Source: an uncultured archaeon
GTDB taxonomy: Archaea > Asgardarchaeota > Lokiarchaeia > Sigyniarchaeales > SOKP01
DNA: 64,000 nucleotides
Assembly (NCBI GenBank): GCA_964486045.1
Contig: CAZALK010000003.1
Location: forward strand, 224,001 to 288,000
Direction of reading: 5' to 3'
Under the pieces are notes generated by a model. The model worked only from the letters and a program-made list of their open reading frames with translations. It searched no databases and had not been told where the DNA came from. The position numbers were made by a program, and so were the translations under genes. Shown here piece by piece: positions 38,939-49,841 of the stretch; the stretch's first letter is position 1, and each line of letters starts with the position of its first letter.

Positions 38939-39778
38939 TTATTTTTGTTCATTAATATTAGTTTGTTTTAATCCTAAAGGAATAAGCACATCTCTTTTTA
39001 TTTGAAGTCCTTTATAGAATATATACATTTCTCGCCATTTCTTTACGATATTCCATAGGTTTTTGTTAAAATCAGTAAAGTCAATTTCCTTCTTCTCTTT
39101 AAAAGAATTAATGTATTCAAGATAAACTGATAAGTCCTCTTTTAGTTTTTCTTTATTTAATTGTTTACTACTAAAATTTTCATAATAAAAATATTGATAT
39201 AAATAACCAAGAGATTTAATGTAGATATAAATCATTAATTCTTTAAGATTAAAATAGTGATTTCTAATAACTCTTACCATAATATCAAGAATACCTTCAA
39301 GAAACTTGTTATTAATCATATATAAATAGTTACTATGACTTTCAATATAGTTTAACAAAAATTCGAATGATTGAGAAGAAAACTGAGGATTTTTAAGGTA
39401 ATGTGCATCTATATCACCTCTTAAAAATTCATTGATACTAAGATTATATTTATGGAACTCATTCCAAAGACTTTCTTCATTTAGATCTTTAAAAAACTCC
39501 TGAATTTTTGAGAGTAGTCCCTCCGCAACAACTTTCGCAGAATTTATTTTTTTAGATTTATCAGGATTATTAATAATCCCAATATAATCGTTAACCATAT
39601 CTTTAATAAAGACTCCTGGAAGACATAATTGATATTCATTAAATATAAGGCAGTTTTCTATATATCGGTTAGCTATAATATTAATGAGTCGAAAATTGTT
39701 TTTATCAAACAAATCTGCACACACATTAATATCTTGGTTTAATATCTTAATCGCTAATTCTAAATTTTTGTCGCTCAT
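38939..39778 (-). CDS. Hypothetical helical protein
   Basis: 279-codon ORF, co-oriented with the HEPN pair. Confidence 0.65.
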   Translation of the reverse strand: MSDKNLELAIKILNQDINVCADLFDKNNFRLINIIANRYIENCLIFNEYQLCLPGVFIKDMVNDYIGIINNPDKSKKINSAKVVAEGLLSKIQEFFKDLNEESLWNEFHKYNLSINEFLRGDIDAHYLKNPQFSSQSFEFLLNYIESHSNYLYMINNKFLEGILDIMVRVIRNHYFNLKELMIYIYIKSLGYLYQYFYYENFSSKQLNKEKLKEDLSVYLEYINSFKEKKEIDFTDFNKNLWNIVKKWREMYIFYKGLQIKRDVLIPLGLKQTNINEQK

Positions 39779-40270
39779 AAAATCATTAATATAATATGAA
39801 TTTAGTTTATTTAACTTTCACTGATTTATTAATTTTGTCGAGTATTATATTTGAAACAAGCTATTATACTATTATTAATTATTTAACAATTTCTAAGATA
39901 TCTTGTAGAATTACATAATTTCTAATTTTATTTTTTTATCCTATTCCTGAATAAATTTTGGCAGCTAATTTTTGATCTCAGAATAAAAATCTTTTTGAAT
40001 CGAATTACAAGGATGGAAAAGGTAATCTACCTATTAAAGGGTTGTTTTTATATTTTATTACATTTACTTCAAATTTTTTTTCCTAAATCATTTGAAAATT
40101 AGGATTTAGTTTTATTATAAAAAAATAGACAGACTAATTCTCCTTTTTCTATAAGAACGCTTATTAATTTTGAATGGGTGAAAGTTCTTGATAAAGTCTA
40201 TTTTGTAAAAGTTAATTATCGGGTAATAATTAAATAGCTTATATTAAAAATTCAAAGTTTATTTAAAATT

Positions 40271-41518
40271 ATGAGTAAAGTGGAAAACGAAGAAGATAAG
40301 AAAGTAGAGCGCTCAGAAAAAAGTAAACAAAAAAAAAAGCGAAGAAAAGTAACGCAAGGCCAGATGATTCAAGAGGCTCTTGGTTTAAATCCAACAGACA
40401 TTGAAGAGGTTGAGAAAAAGCTTTTTATCGTTCGCTTCCTTGATTTCTTTTCTGAAGATACTTTGGAATTTATTTTTAAAAGTCGCATTATGGAACAGAA
40501 TGTTACCCGACTAGCAACATATATGGATGCATTACAAATTGAAAGGGAGGAAGAAAAATTATTAAAACAATCCTTTGAGTCTAAAAATATAATAAAAGTA
40601 ATCGAGAGTGTCAAAAATAAAGCCGAAGAATTTGCCGTTAGTAAAGGAATTAAAAATAACGTTAATAAACGCTTACGTAGATTAACTTTGTTTATCACGC
40701 TACCTTTATTCGCACTACTTATCGTCTTAACATTTTTACCTCTCAACCTAACTTTCGTCTTTTTTCCTATTCTATGTGTCGTTTGTATCCTACCACAATT
40801 GATTAGAGGAAGAGTGGTTAAAAATTGGCAACAATTTAAAGAACAAAACAAAAATGATATTTACACAGAACACAGAGAAGATTTGTTGGTATTAAAGAGT
40901 TTTGCCGGTGAATTATTAAATAATATTAGATCAAGATTATTAGAATTACAAATTCCCCTCCAGTTAATAAAATTTACGCTTTTTAGTAGAGATTACGAAA
41001 ATTTGAATTTAATGAACCAAAAAAGTGTTCGAGGATTCATGCAGTACTTCTATACTTTTGAATATCCATCAGGAATGGATGCATTTCCGATACCAGAAAA
41101 ATTACAGAATTATCAACAACCATTAATTCAGAAGAGAAGTGCTGAAAAACCTGAAAAAAATTTCATAGTCTTAACTGAGATGAAGGGTAAGGATGGAATT
41201 ATAACATATTTTGTTCCAACTCTTAAAGATCAAATTGCCGATAAAATTAACACTTTGTTAAATGAATCCGAGTTTGCTAAAGCTCCAAAAGTCTTCAAAA
41301 GAATTATTCCTGATTACTCTAAAAGCATGGCAATATACTGTATATGTGGTGAAATTGCTGAAATAGAAAATGTGCAAATATGCAACTGGAAAGATCAGTT
41401 TAAATTTTATTTATTTGAAGCTAAAGAATGTAAATGTGGAGAAAAAACTTACGCAATTTCATTAATGGATGAATCAGCTGAAGTTCCTGAAGAATTAAAA
41501 GATATCTTCTCCAGTTAA
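40271..41518 (+). CDS. Membrane protein (2 TM) with C-terminal Cys-rich/Zn-binding domain
   Basis: TM hairpin at residues ~140-180; YCICG, ICNW, ECKCG. Confidence 0.7.
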   Translation: MSKVENEEDKKVERSEKSKQKKKRRKVTQGQMIQEALGLNPTDIEEVEKKLFIVRFLDFFSEDTLEFIFKSRIMEQNVTRLATYMDALQIEREEEKLLKQSFESKNIIKVIESVKNKAEEFAVSKGIKNNVNKRLRRLTLFITLPLFALLIVLTFLPLNLTFVFFPILCVVCILPQLIRGRVVKNWQQFKEQNKNDIYTEHREDLLVLKSFAGELLNNIRSRLLELQIPLQLIKFTLFSRDYENLNLMNQKSVRGFMQYFYTFEYPSGMDAFPIPEKLQNYQQPLIQKRSAEKPEKNFIVLTEMKGKDGIITYFVPTLKDQIADKINTLLNESEFAKAPKVFKRIIPDYSKSMAIYCICGEIAEIENVQICNWKDQFKFYLFEAKECKCGEKTYAISLMDESAEVPEELKDIFSS

Positions 41519-41522
41519 ATTT

Positions 41523-42872
41523 TTATTTCCTTTTTATTTTTGAATACCATTCATAAAGATATTTAAAACCTCTAATAGCTCTTTCAATTTCATTTTCAAA
41601 AACAGGGATTTTTAAATCAGAAGCGGTTTTAATAACTCTTTTAGCACCCTCATGTTCTGCTTGAATTAGGATAACAATTATGGGTTTATTTGGGTATGAT
41701 TCTTTAATACTTTTAAAGATATTAAAATCAAATTCAATTTCAAGAAAAAATTCCAATGCTAAAATTAAACCCTCAACAGCATCATCTTTCAATAGAGTTT
41801 TTGACGATGTATTATAAATTTCACAAATTTTAGTACCAACAAACTTTTCTGGAGGCCAATAATCAACAGGGTTCCCTAATTCACGAGTAGAACCTTTTAC
41901 CTTATCAAGAATGATTTTTCGATTTTTACTATCTAACTTAGCTATTGATAGTCCATACTTTCGCATTTCTTTAGTAACGAGTTGAATCGCTCCTGAACTT
42001 GGACCTACTAAGCCTAAATTTGGTCCCTTAGGTTCAGGACACCATAAAAATATTTTAGCAAATTCAAATAATTCTATATAATTAATTACAGAAATGCCCC
42101 CAACTTGTATCAACTCGTCTTCTTTTTTATCATCTTCTCCTACATAAAAAAACAATACCGGTTTAACAAGAACTAATTTCTTAACAGCCTGAATTATTTC
42201 GTCGGTTATATCTTTAAGAAATAACGAAATAACTCTTGTAGTTTCATCATTTTTAAAATATTCGAGGACATCTGCATCGTTAATATCAAAACCATTACCT
42301 AAATGAATGACTTTAGATACTGGTAGATTCTGTGAAGGATTCCACCATCCCATTGCACCTGCCAATCCTCCTGATTGAGCTATAAAACTAACTCCCTCTT
42401 TTATTTTTCTATGTTTTTGCATAAGATATTGTCTTACCGGGATAATTGAGGTCGTAAAGTTATTATTGAAATTAATAATGCCTACCATAGAGGGACCCAT
42501 AAATGAAACATTGTATTTTTCACTTATGAGGATTAATTTTTCTATTATTGCTGAATCAGTTGTCTGCATTCTTATTTCAGATTCAATTGCAATATTTTTT
42601 ACTCCAAACTTTGCTAATTCTTCAAAAATAAGGGCGATATTATTACTAAGGACAATTACTGCTAGTTCTGGAATTTCTGGTAGTTCATTCAAGGAATGAT
42701 AAGACTTTATCCCTAAAATCTCTTCTGCGTTAGGATTCAAGATGTATATTGTACCACGATAGAATATTTCAAGGAGATTTTTTAAAATAGTAGAACTGAA
42801 TGTATAGGCTTTCCTGGACGCACCAACTATAAGAATGCTTTTTGGATTGAAGAAGGGTTCGAGATCTTTCAA
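41523..42872 (-). CDS. ADP-forming acyl-CoA synthetase alpha-subunit homolog lacking the phospho-His loop
   Basis: FFNPKSILIVGAS, GPSMVG, FIAQSGGL, LGNPVD; no SHTG motif. Confidence 0.8.
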   Translation of the reverse strand: MKDLEPFFNPKSILIVGASRKAYTFSSTILKNLLEIFYRGTIYILNPNAEEILGIKSYHSLNELPEIPELAVIVLSNNIALIFEELAKFGVKNIAIESEIRMQTTDSAIIEKLILISEKYNVSFMGPSMVGIINFNNNFTTSIIPVRQYLMQKHRKIKEGVSFIAQSGGLAGAMGWWNPSQNLPVSKVIHLGNGFDINDADVLEYFKNDETTRVISLFLKDITDEIIQAVKKLVLVKPVLFFYVGEDDKKEDELIQVGGISVINYIELFEFAKIFLWCPEPKGPNLGLVGPSSGAIQLVTKEMRKYGLSIAKLDSKNRKIILDKVKGSTRELGNPVDYWPPEKFVGTKICEIYNTSSKTLLKDDAVEGLILALEFFLEIEFDFNIFKSIKESYPNKPIIVILIQAEHEGAKRVIKTASDLKIPVFENEIERAIRGFKYLYEWYSKIKRK

Positions 42873-43097
42873 GGTTAATTCTTATTGATAATTTAAAATT
42901 ATTATTTACAATTAATACTATTTTATAATTTTACTAGGTTTAATTTACTAATTCACATAAATTATAAATAAAATTACCGCTCTTGTTCTTGAGTTAGGAT
43001 TAGAAAATTATTACAAATTTTGAATACTTACTGAAGTTATCTAAAAAATCAAAAAATAATTATAATACTCGCCGAAAGTTTAATTAACATTGTTTTT

Positions 43098-43730
43098 TTA
43101 GGTTTCAGCATATTCTAATTCATAAAGAGGAATATCTTTTCTCTTTTTAGCATCATACAACGGTAATCCGGATCGCTTCAGAAGTTCAGGAGTCTTGTAG
43201 GCAAGAATAACTATTTGACATGAACTTGAAACCTTCATTGAAGCTATCCTTAATCGATCTCTCACTAAAGGTAGATCTTTTATGTAACATCCCAGATCAA
43301 CTATTACTTGGCCTGCCCTAACTCGAGCACAAACTCCTGATGATCTACCAAAAGAATTTCTCATACCTGATTGAATACGATCAGCTCCCGCGACTGCTAA
43401 CATCCGATTTTCTCGGAATTTTTGAAATGGTTTGGGGCGTATTCGTAACCTAAAATTTAGCCTTCCTAATTTTCGTTGTAGGACACCGTTTATCGAAATT
43501 CTTATAGCTTCAAGTGAGTTTGAGGAAATTTGAATTTGGTGATTAACTTTTAAGCCCACAATTAGTTCCCACAGGGCCCAGTCCCGTTCCTTGTTTCCTC
43601 CCCAGAATCTTTCTATTTTTGATTGAGCTCCACCTCTTGCATATTCTCTTCGATGGTTTGAGCTTCTTTTATGTTGATATGGTCGCCGGGTCCATTTAGA
43701 ATAACAATGCCAGGGCCGCTTGTGTGCCAA
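43098..43730 (-). CDS. rpl10e: 50S ribosomal protein L10e (uL16)
   Basis: RPWHCY, LEAIRIS, RENRMLAVAGADRIQSGMRNSFG. Confidence 0.96.
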   Translation of the reverse strand: MAHKRPWHCYSKWTRRPYQHKRSSNHRREYARGGAQSKIERFWGGNKERDWALWELIVGLKVNHQIQISSNSLEAIRISINGVLQRKLGRLNFRLRIRPKPFQKFRENRMLAVAGADRIQSGMRNSFGRSSGVCARVRAGQVIVDLGCYIKDLPLVRDRLRIASMKVSSSCQIVILAYKTPELLKRSGLPLYDAKKRKDIPLYELEYAET

Positions 43731-44089
43731 AAGACTTATATCACCAATCTAGTTTACCAATTCTATTATTTCGAACGATTAACTCGTTCGGTTAAATTAC
43801 TTCTAAAACTTAAATTAAAAAATGATAAATTTCTAATAAATTTTATGGTTCTTACATATCAAAACCTTTCATAATCATGAATATTTATCAAGGTATATAT
43901 TTAAATTTGTGAGCAATCTATAATATCCTAAGGATATGATGAAAATATTTATGTAAAGGGGAGAGTTTTTTGAGCAATGCAAATTCTTAACAAGCAAGAT
44001 TTAATCCTAAAAGCTTATATCTAGGATTAATTATTTTAATCTGAAGGAAAAAAATTCTATTAAAAAGATAAAACGACATAGAGTAAGAA

Positions 44090-45037
44090 ATGGATCAATA
44101 TAGAATAAATGATTTTATTACTCTTAAGTTAGAGGCCGATAAAACAGTAATATATGTCAGGACTATGAAATTTATGGCATGTAAACGACTTATTATTAAT
44201 ATTCCAAAAGAAAACCTTGATTCATTTGAATTTAGTGATTCGATCGACGAAATAGTGGAAGAAAACAAACACTACTTATACAAAAATAAGATTTATGAGG
44301 AATTTGAAGGAGAATTATATGAGGAATCTACTTCACAATATTCTATTACACCTGAAGAAGAATTCTGGGGGCATTGTTCCAATCTCCAAGCGTGGACGGA
44401 GAATAATTATGATACACGATTACTTCGCAATAATCTAGCTTTCCCTCTTTTGAAGAAGTTAACTGATTATGGTGATCCGCTAGCAAAAACAATGCTAAAA
44501 AAGGAGATAGTCAAAAGACTGGCTTCTGGGCATCAACCAACAATAATGTATTTATTCGTTGAGCGTTATGCATGGGATTATTTAGAAAACGACGAGATTC
44601 TTTCTTGCATATTAGATTTATCCGATTATGATGCGTTAATTGAGGCTTTCCCTCATAAATATAAGGAATTCACATTCCAGTTAGAATGTTTTGAGTTACA
44701 TGATTTAGTCATGGGTGGTAGTCATATCGCGATTGTGAATGGAAGGATTGTCGAATTAATGCTAGATGATCTGAATTTAGACGAATTCCCTGAGGCACTT
44801 ACAAGATTATCGGCTTTAGAAAAATTATGGATCTCTTACAATAATATTAAAAGCCTTCCTAAAACCTTAGAAAATCTAAAAAAGCTCAAAGTACTCGATA
44901 TAAGACAAAATCTCATAAAAGAGCTTCCTGATTCAATAATCAATCTACCTTCTTTAGAAGGAGTCTGGCTTAGCGGAAACCAAATTGAGAATATCCCTGA
45001 AAAAATAAAAAAAATAAAAAAACCAAGTTCAAATTAA
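44090..45037 (+). CDS. Lokiarchaeal FWGHCSNLQAW-domain protein with C-terminal LRRs
   Basis: ITPEEEFWGHCSNLQAW...LAFPLLKKL plus 3-4 LRR units. Confidence 0.85.
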   Translation: MDQYRINDFITLKLEADKTVIYVRTMKFMACKRLIINIPKENLDSFEFSDSIDEIVEENKHYLYKNKIYEEFEGELYEESTSQYSITPEEEFWGHCSNLQAWTENNYDTRLLRNNLAFPLLKKLTDYGDPLAKTMLKKEIVKRLASGHQPTIMYLFVERYAWDYLENDEILSCILDLSDYDALIEAFPHKYKEFTFQLECFELHDLVMGGSHIAIVNGRIVELMLDDLNLDEFPEALTRLSALEKLWISYNNIKSLPKTLENLKKLKVLDIRQNLIKELPDSIINLPSLEGVWLSGNQIENIPEKIKKIKKPSSN

Positions 45038-45236
45038 ATTTAGGTTAAAGCCAGATTAAAGGCATAATATCAAAATCTCCAAGCATCTCACGCTTGTTAA
45101 TTTAGTTAAATTTTATTTTTAATAAAACTTTAAGTTAAATATCTTAAATATTTTAATTTCATGAAGAATAATTAAAAATTTTTATTAAAAAGTGGTTTAT
45201 AACTAACAAAACCAATTAAATCTAAATTCAACAATT

Positions 45237-46376
45237 ATGATTGATAATCTTCAGGCATTTGAATTAAAAACAGAATTGCTGTGTAAAGGTTTATATCTTG
45301 ATGAAAATCTAATCCCACACTACAAAAATCAAGGTATCGAAATTGATTATGGTAGAAAAGGTGGGGCGGGTCCTTCTGGTGGAAAATATTTCATCTTAGA
45401 AGATGGTGTAACTCTAGTTAATGTTGCCTTATGGAATACTCCAGAAAAAAGTGATCTTGTTCTAAAAGAAAACATAAACGGTTATTTTGAAATTTACAAT
45501 AGAACAAAAGAAAAGAATTTTGGGAAATTAAAGCTAGTGATGAATCCTCGATTTTACAGTCCTGAATTTAAAACTTCGGATGGAATTGAGATGAAAAAGA
45601 TAGCTTTAGTACATGGGACGGATTGTTTATCCAGTACTATTTATCAAAAGTGTAAATATTGGGCTTGTGGAGAAGCTTGTGCATTTTGTGGTATTGAATA
45701 TAGTCTGCAAAACGATGCGACAATTTTAGAGAAGAATGCCCGACAAATGTCAGAAGTTATAACGGCTGCTAAGAAAGAGGGTCGGTGTAGACATATGGCT
45801 CTAACTAGCGGAACGGATGAAAATGATGATAAAGGAGCAATTCGTTATATTGAAATTTTAGAGGAAATAAAGAATAGTCATCCTGAAATCCCTGTACATG
45901 TCCAGATTGAAGCATTAGAAAATGTAGAATATATAGATAAATTAAAAGAGGCTGGAGCAAGCACTATTGGCATCCATCTTGAAGTCCTTGATGAAAATTT
46001 GCGAAGTAAAATTACGCCTGGAAAATTTCATATGAGCTTTGAATTGTTTGAAAAGAATTGGAAGCAAGCCATTGATGTATTTGGAAAAAATCAAGTTAGT
46101 AGTTATATTTTAACAGGATTCGGAGAAAATATTGAACAATTTTTAGAACGTGTTGAAAAAATTGTTTCAATTGGGGTAATCCCTTATATCACTCCTGTAA
46201 GGGCTATCGCTGGTAAAAAGAATTTACCTTTTACTGATTTTAAAGAGCTACTTGAGGTTTATAGGAAAAGTGCTGAACTAATGAAAGATTATGGGGTTAA
46301 TCCTTTGGAAAACATCGCAGGTTGTGTTCGATGTGGGGATTGTTCAGCGATTAGTGAAGCATACAAAACTTTGTGA
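45237..46376 (+). CDS. Radical SAM protein (MSMEG_0568-like)
   Basis: LHG.DCLSST..QKCKYWACGEACAFCGI; C-terminal AGCVRCGDCS. Confidence 0.85.
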   Translation: MIDNLQAFELKTELLCKGLYLDENLIPHYKNQGIEIDYGRKGGAGPSGGKYFILEDGVTLVNVALWNTPEKSDLVLKENINGYFEIYNRTKEKNFGKLKLVMNPRFYSPEFKTSDGIEMKKIALVHGTDCLSSTIYQKCKYWACGEACAFCGIEYSLQNDATILEKNARQMSEVITAAKKEGRCRHMALTSGTDENDDKGAIRYIEILEEIKNSHPEIPVHVQIEALENVEYIDKLKEAGASTIGIHLEVLDENLRSKITPGKFHMSFELFEKNWKQAIDVFGKNQVSSYILTGFGENIEQFLERVEKIVSIGVIPYITPVRAIAGKKNLPFTDFKELLEVYRKSAELMKDYGVNPLENIAGCVRCGDCSAISEAYKTL

Positions 46377-46449
46377 ACTTATTTATTAATAATGAGATTT
46401 GATCTATCTTTATTTCTAATAGATACTATTAATTAATTCACTTACTTTA

Positions 46450-47340
46450 TTGATAATTATGATGTTAAAAGACAAGAATATAATTCTAACAGGATCAGGC
46501 AGAGGTATCGGAAAAGTAATAGCAATAGCTTGTGCTAAAGAAGGGGCTAATGTTGGGTTGACCTCAAGGACCTTGGAACAATTAAGTACCGTTAAAAGCG
46601 AGATTGATGAATTAGATCTTGGAGTTAAGGTAATCGTAAAAACTGCTGATATCACAAATTATAACCAAGTTGAAGATATCTTTAAGTTATTTAAGGAAGA
46701 ATTAGGTTTACTAAATGGTGTAATCGCCAATGCGGGGAGATCTTGGAGAGCAAACGCTCATGAAGTTCCTCCGGAAAAATTTGCGATGGTGATTAATGCG
46801 AATATATTAGGCGTTTTTCATACATTTAGAGCTGCTTATCCATATTTAAAGAAGGATGATAATAATGATAAGGCAAGATTTATAATAACCGGAAGTGCTG
46901 TATATCCTACAGTAATGGGGGGATTTTCATCATATACGGCTTCAAAATATGGGGTTGTTGGATTACAAAGAGAATTGGCTACTGAATATAAACGTGAAAA
47001 TATTCTTGTTAATATGGTACTCCCAATGCAAGTAGACACTAAAATGTTAAGAGGAAGACGCGCGGGAGATGGAAATAAACCTCCTGGAGTGTTAGATCCT
47101 GAAGATTTGATTGGTTATTATTTATTTCTACTATCTGATGATGCAAACAGAATAAATGATGAATTAATTTATCCGAGCAATTTTGAGGCAATGAAAATGA
47201 TCATAAAGAAAGCACCAGAAGAAAAGAGAGAAAACTGGGAGACATTTAAATTGTATCTAGAAGAAATTTCTCCAAACCTCTATAACGATGTTAAAAAATA
47301 TGGGAAATTAGGAGAATTTATTTTAAATCATTCAAAATAA
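46450..47340 (+). CDS. SDR family oxidoreductase (start likely 46459/46462)
   Basis: TGSGRGIG, ANAG, YTASK. Confidence 0.92.
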   Translation: MIIMMLKDKNIILTGSGRGIGKVIAIACAKEGANVGLTSRTLEQLSTVKSEIDELDLGVKVIVKTADITNYNQVEDIFKLFKEELGLLNGVIANAGRSWRANAHEVPPEKFAMVINANILGVFHTFRAAYPYLKKDDNNDKARFIITGSAVYPTVMGGFSSYTASKYGVVGLQRELATEYKRENILVNMVLPMQVDTKMLRGRRAGDGNKPPGVLDPEDLIGYYLFLLSDDANRINDELIYPSNFEAMKMIIKKAPEEKRENWETFKLYLEEISPNLYNDVKKYGKLGEFILNHSK

Positions 47341-47342
47341 CT

Positions 47343-48647
47343 TTATTTGAAGGGATTTTTCTCATTAAGAATTTTTTGTTGATACTCTTTTAACGGTGGT
47401 GGGCATAATCCTGCTTTGTACGCTTCCTTCTTTAAAGACTTCATAATTTCTCCTAAATTTATAGACACAGGGCACCAATGGCGACAATTCTCACAACCTG
47501 TACAGAAAAATAGACCGTCTTTAATTGCGGCTTCAATTCCATTGTGGATATAATCTCGAATAATCCCATCAGCCCCTAATCCATATTTTGATGCAAATAT
47601 ATTACCAAATGCCCGTGATGCCGTACAGGTATAATTGCAGGTCTTGCAGCTAATACATCTTAAAAAATCTTGATAAAATAGATTTTCATTTAAAGCCTTT
47701 GTCCTCCAATCATCTACTAGAATCACCACGACTTCTTTAGCACCGTACATCCCAAGAACTTTTTCCCCTTGAATATCACCTGTAGCTGAAGGTCCTGAAA
47801 TTATACTGATATAATTAAAGGAAATATTATTAATCCTTGTTTGTAGTTTTGCAACTAAAATAGCGTCTAAAATTGTAGGGACTATCTTCGTTATTCCACA
47901 TAGCACAATATGCTTTTCAGTTGCTCTTGTCAGTAAACTAATATTCCCTTCATTTTCTCCTAACACAATGGCTCCATCTTCAGCAGAAATTACATTAGCA
48001 GACGTAAGAGATACTGTTACATTATTAAGTAATTCTTTACGATACGTTTCTCGAAAATAGTCAACAATCGCTCTAGGTGTTGGCTCAAGTTCTACGCCAT
48101 AAACTTCTTTTATTTTTGCAACTATATCTTCTCTCGAAAAATGAATACCTGGTCCAACTCCAAAAGTAGGTAACTTGTAATCAAACATGTGAACAAGGAC
48201 ATCACCTAAATCTGTTTCTTTAACTTCAATATTATTCTTCTTTAGAACATCGAGAACCCCAATATCTTTTGCTTCATTTGACTTTGATTTATAGAGTACT
48301 TTAGCATCACCAATCTCCTTTAACAAAAAACCATGAGCTTCCTCATTAGTTTTAGCTAGATAGACAGTCATATTATTAACTTCTCGCATCACCTTAATAC
48401 ATTTTTCGACATAGTAATCTATATTTTCCAAAAAATCCTCTTTCATAGCCATTAAGCGATCTTTATATTTATCAATAAACTCTTGAACTGAATCCTCGTA
48501 CATATGTCTTAAATTGCGCTGTTTTGATGCAAATCCACATAAAAATTTCCAAAAATTCCCAAATTTATATTCCCAGGTTCCTTCGGTTTCTAAAACACCT
48601 ATCCTTTGTTTTACTTTTTCATACAATTCTTTACCTTTATCACTCAA
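47343..48647 (-). CDS. LutB/LldF-like LUD + 4Fe-4S protein
   Basis: KSKS, ETDLG, ENEGNI, ISGPSATGDI, CISCKTC and CTGCENCRHWCP. Confidence 0.88.
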   Translation of the reverse strand: MSDKGKELYEKVKQRIGVLETEGTWEYKFGNFWKFLCGFASKQRNLRHMYEDSVQEFIDKYKDRLMAMKEDFLENIDYYVEKCIKVMREVNNMTVYLAKTNEEAHGFLLKEIGDAKVLYKSKSNEAKDIGVLDVLKKNNIEVKETDLGDVLVHMFDYKLPTFGVGPGIHFSREDIVAKIKEVYGVELEPTPRAIVDYFRETYRKELLNNVTVSLTSANVISAEDGAIVLGENEGNISLLTRATEKHIVLCGITKIVPTILDAILVAKLQTRINNISFNYISIISGPSATGDIQGEKVLGMYGAKEVVVILVDDWRTKALNENLFYQDFLRCISCKTCNYTCTASRAFGNIFASKYGLGADGIIRDYIHNGIEAAIKDGLFFCTGCENCRHWCPVSINLGEIMKSLKKEAYKAGLCPPPLKEYQQKILNEKNPFK

Positions 48648-49381
48648 CTTATTGGATCAACTCCTTCCATTAATTTAACAATAAAGTCTTCGATTTTTAT
48701 AACCGGTTTCTTAATATTATTTTCTTCTTTTATCCTTTTTAACGCTGTATAGCAAAATGGACATCCGGTAAGTAGGGCCTTCCCTTTATTCATATTATCA
48801 AATATTGATTTAGCGTTATAGTCACTATTTTCTTTAAACACTGAATAAACCCCCCCACCAGCTCCGCAGCAGATACTTTTTGTTTTATTAAAATCCATTT
48901 CAACTAATTCGACGTTTTCAATAGAATTCAGTATAGTTCGCGGTTCATCTATAATTGGAATTGAAGGATTTCGTAAGTGACAAGCATCATGGTAATTTAC
49001 CTTAATAGGATTTCCTAGATTTTTTAAATTTAGTTTTTCTAAATTTGAAGGCTCAGCTATAAATTGTAGTAAGTGTTGTACGTTAACAGAAAAATCAGAC
49101 CCTGCAAATTCTTTATAATATCGGGTGAAATAAGTATAGCATCCAGCACAAATTGTGACAAGATCAGTTACATTATTTGTTTTAAACCAACCATTGACAA
49201 ACTCAACATGTTCTTCCATAGTTTCATCCGGAGTTATATGATACGCTAATGAGCCACAACATGGGGCATCCTCTATTTCTTTATACTCATCATCTAAAAA
49301 TTGGATTAGTTTAAGAGCATTTTTGCATGTCGATTCATACTGCCTTTTGCTCAGACACCCAAAAAAAATAAGTTTCGTCAT
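48644..49381 (-). CDS. CCG-domain (LutA/HdrB/GlpC-like) Fe-S protein
   Basis: FFGC, CCG, CAGC, YHDACH, CCGAGGG, CPFC. Confidence 0.88.
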   Translation of the reverse strand: MTKLIFFGCLSKRQYESTCKNALKLIQFLDDEYKEIEDAPCCGSLAYHITPDETMEEHVEFVNGWFKTNNVTDLVTICAGCYTYFTRYYKEFAGSDFSVNVQHLLQFIAEPSNLEKLNLKNLGNPIKVNYHDACHLRNPSIPIIDEPRTILNSIENVELVEMDFNKTKSICCGAGGGVYSVFKENSDYNAKSIFDNMNKGKALLTGCPFCYTALKRIKEENNIKKPVIKIEDFIVKLMEGVDPIS

Positions 49382-49841
49382 GATTAATTATATTTTTTTA
49401 TATATATTAATCTTAAATTACTAGGAGAAAATTAAAATGCAATCCTTTTTTTAACCGATACAGATTTTATAAGCAAAATGCTACATATTTAATACATCGC
49501 GAAGGAGAGCAAGATATTCCGAAAGATCCTCAAGAACAAGGAATGAGGTTTCTTAAAGAAAGGGGGATTAATCCTATGGAAGCTTTTACTAAAAATATGT
49601 TAAAATAAAAGATGTATAGAAATAATCCTTTTTTTTATATGAATAAAAAGTGTTGATATACTACCATTCAATTTCCTTTCTCCTTAAGAATATTTAGTAA
49701 AAACACAAATTAATAGTTTCATTTTTTTTTTTCATAGAATCTCTAAAAATTAATATAATTACAAACTCTTATCTAATTTGAGATTAAACACATTATTAGT
49801 TATTTCATAGTAATCTTAAATAAATTGATGGTACGAATTTT

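Noticed and set aside
49430-49608. Open frame ending ...GINPMEAFTKNMLK
   Set aside because: No convincing start or motif; probably a gene remnant.
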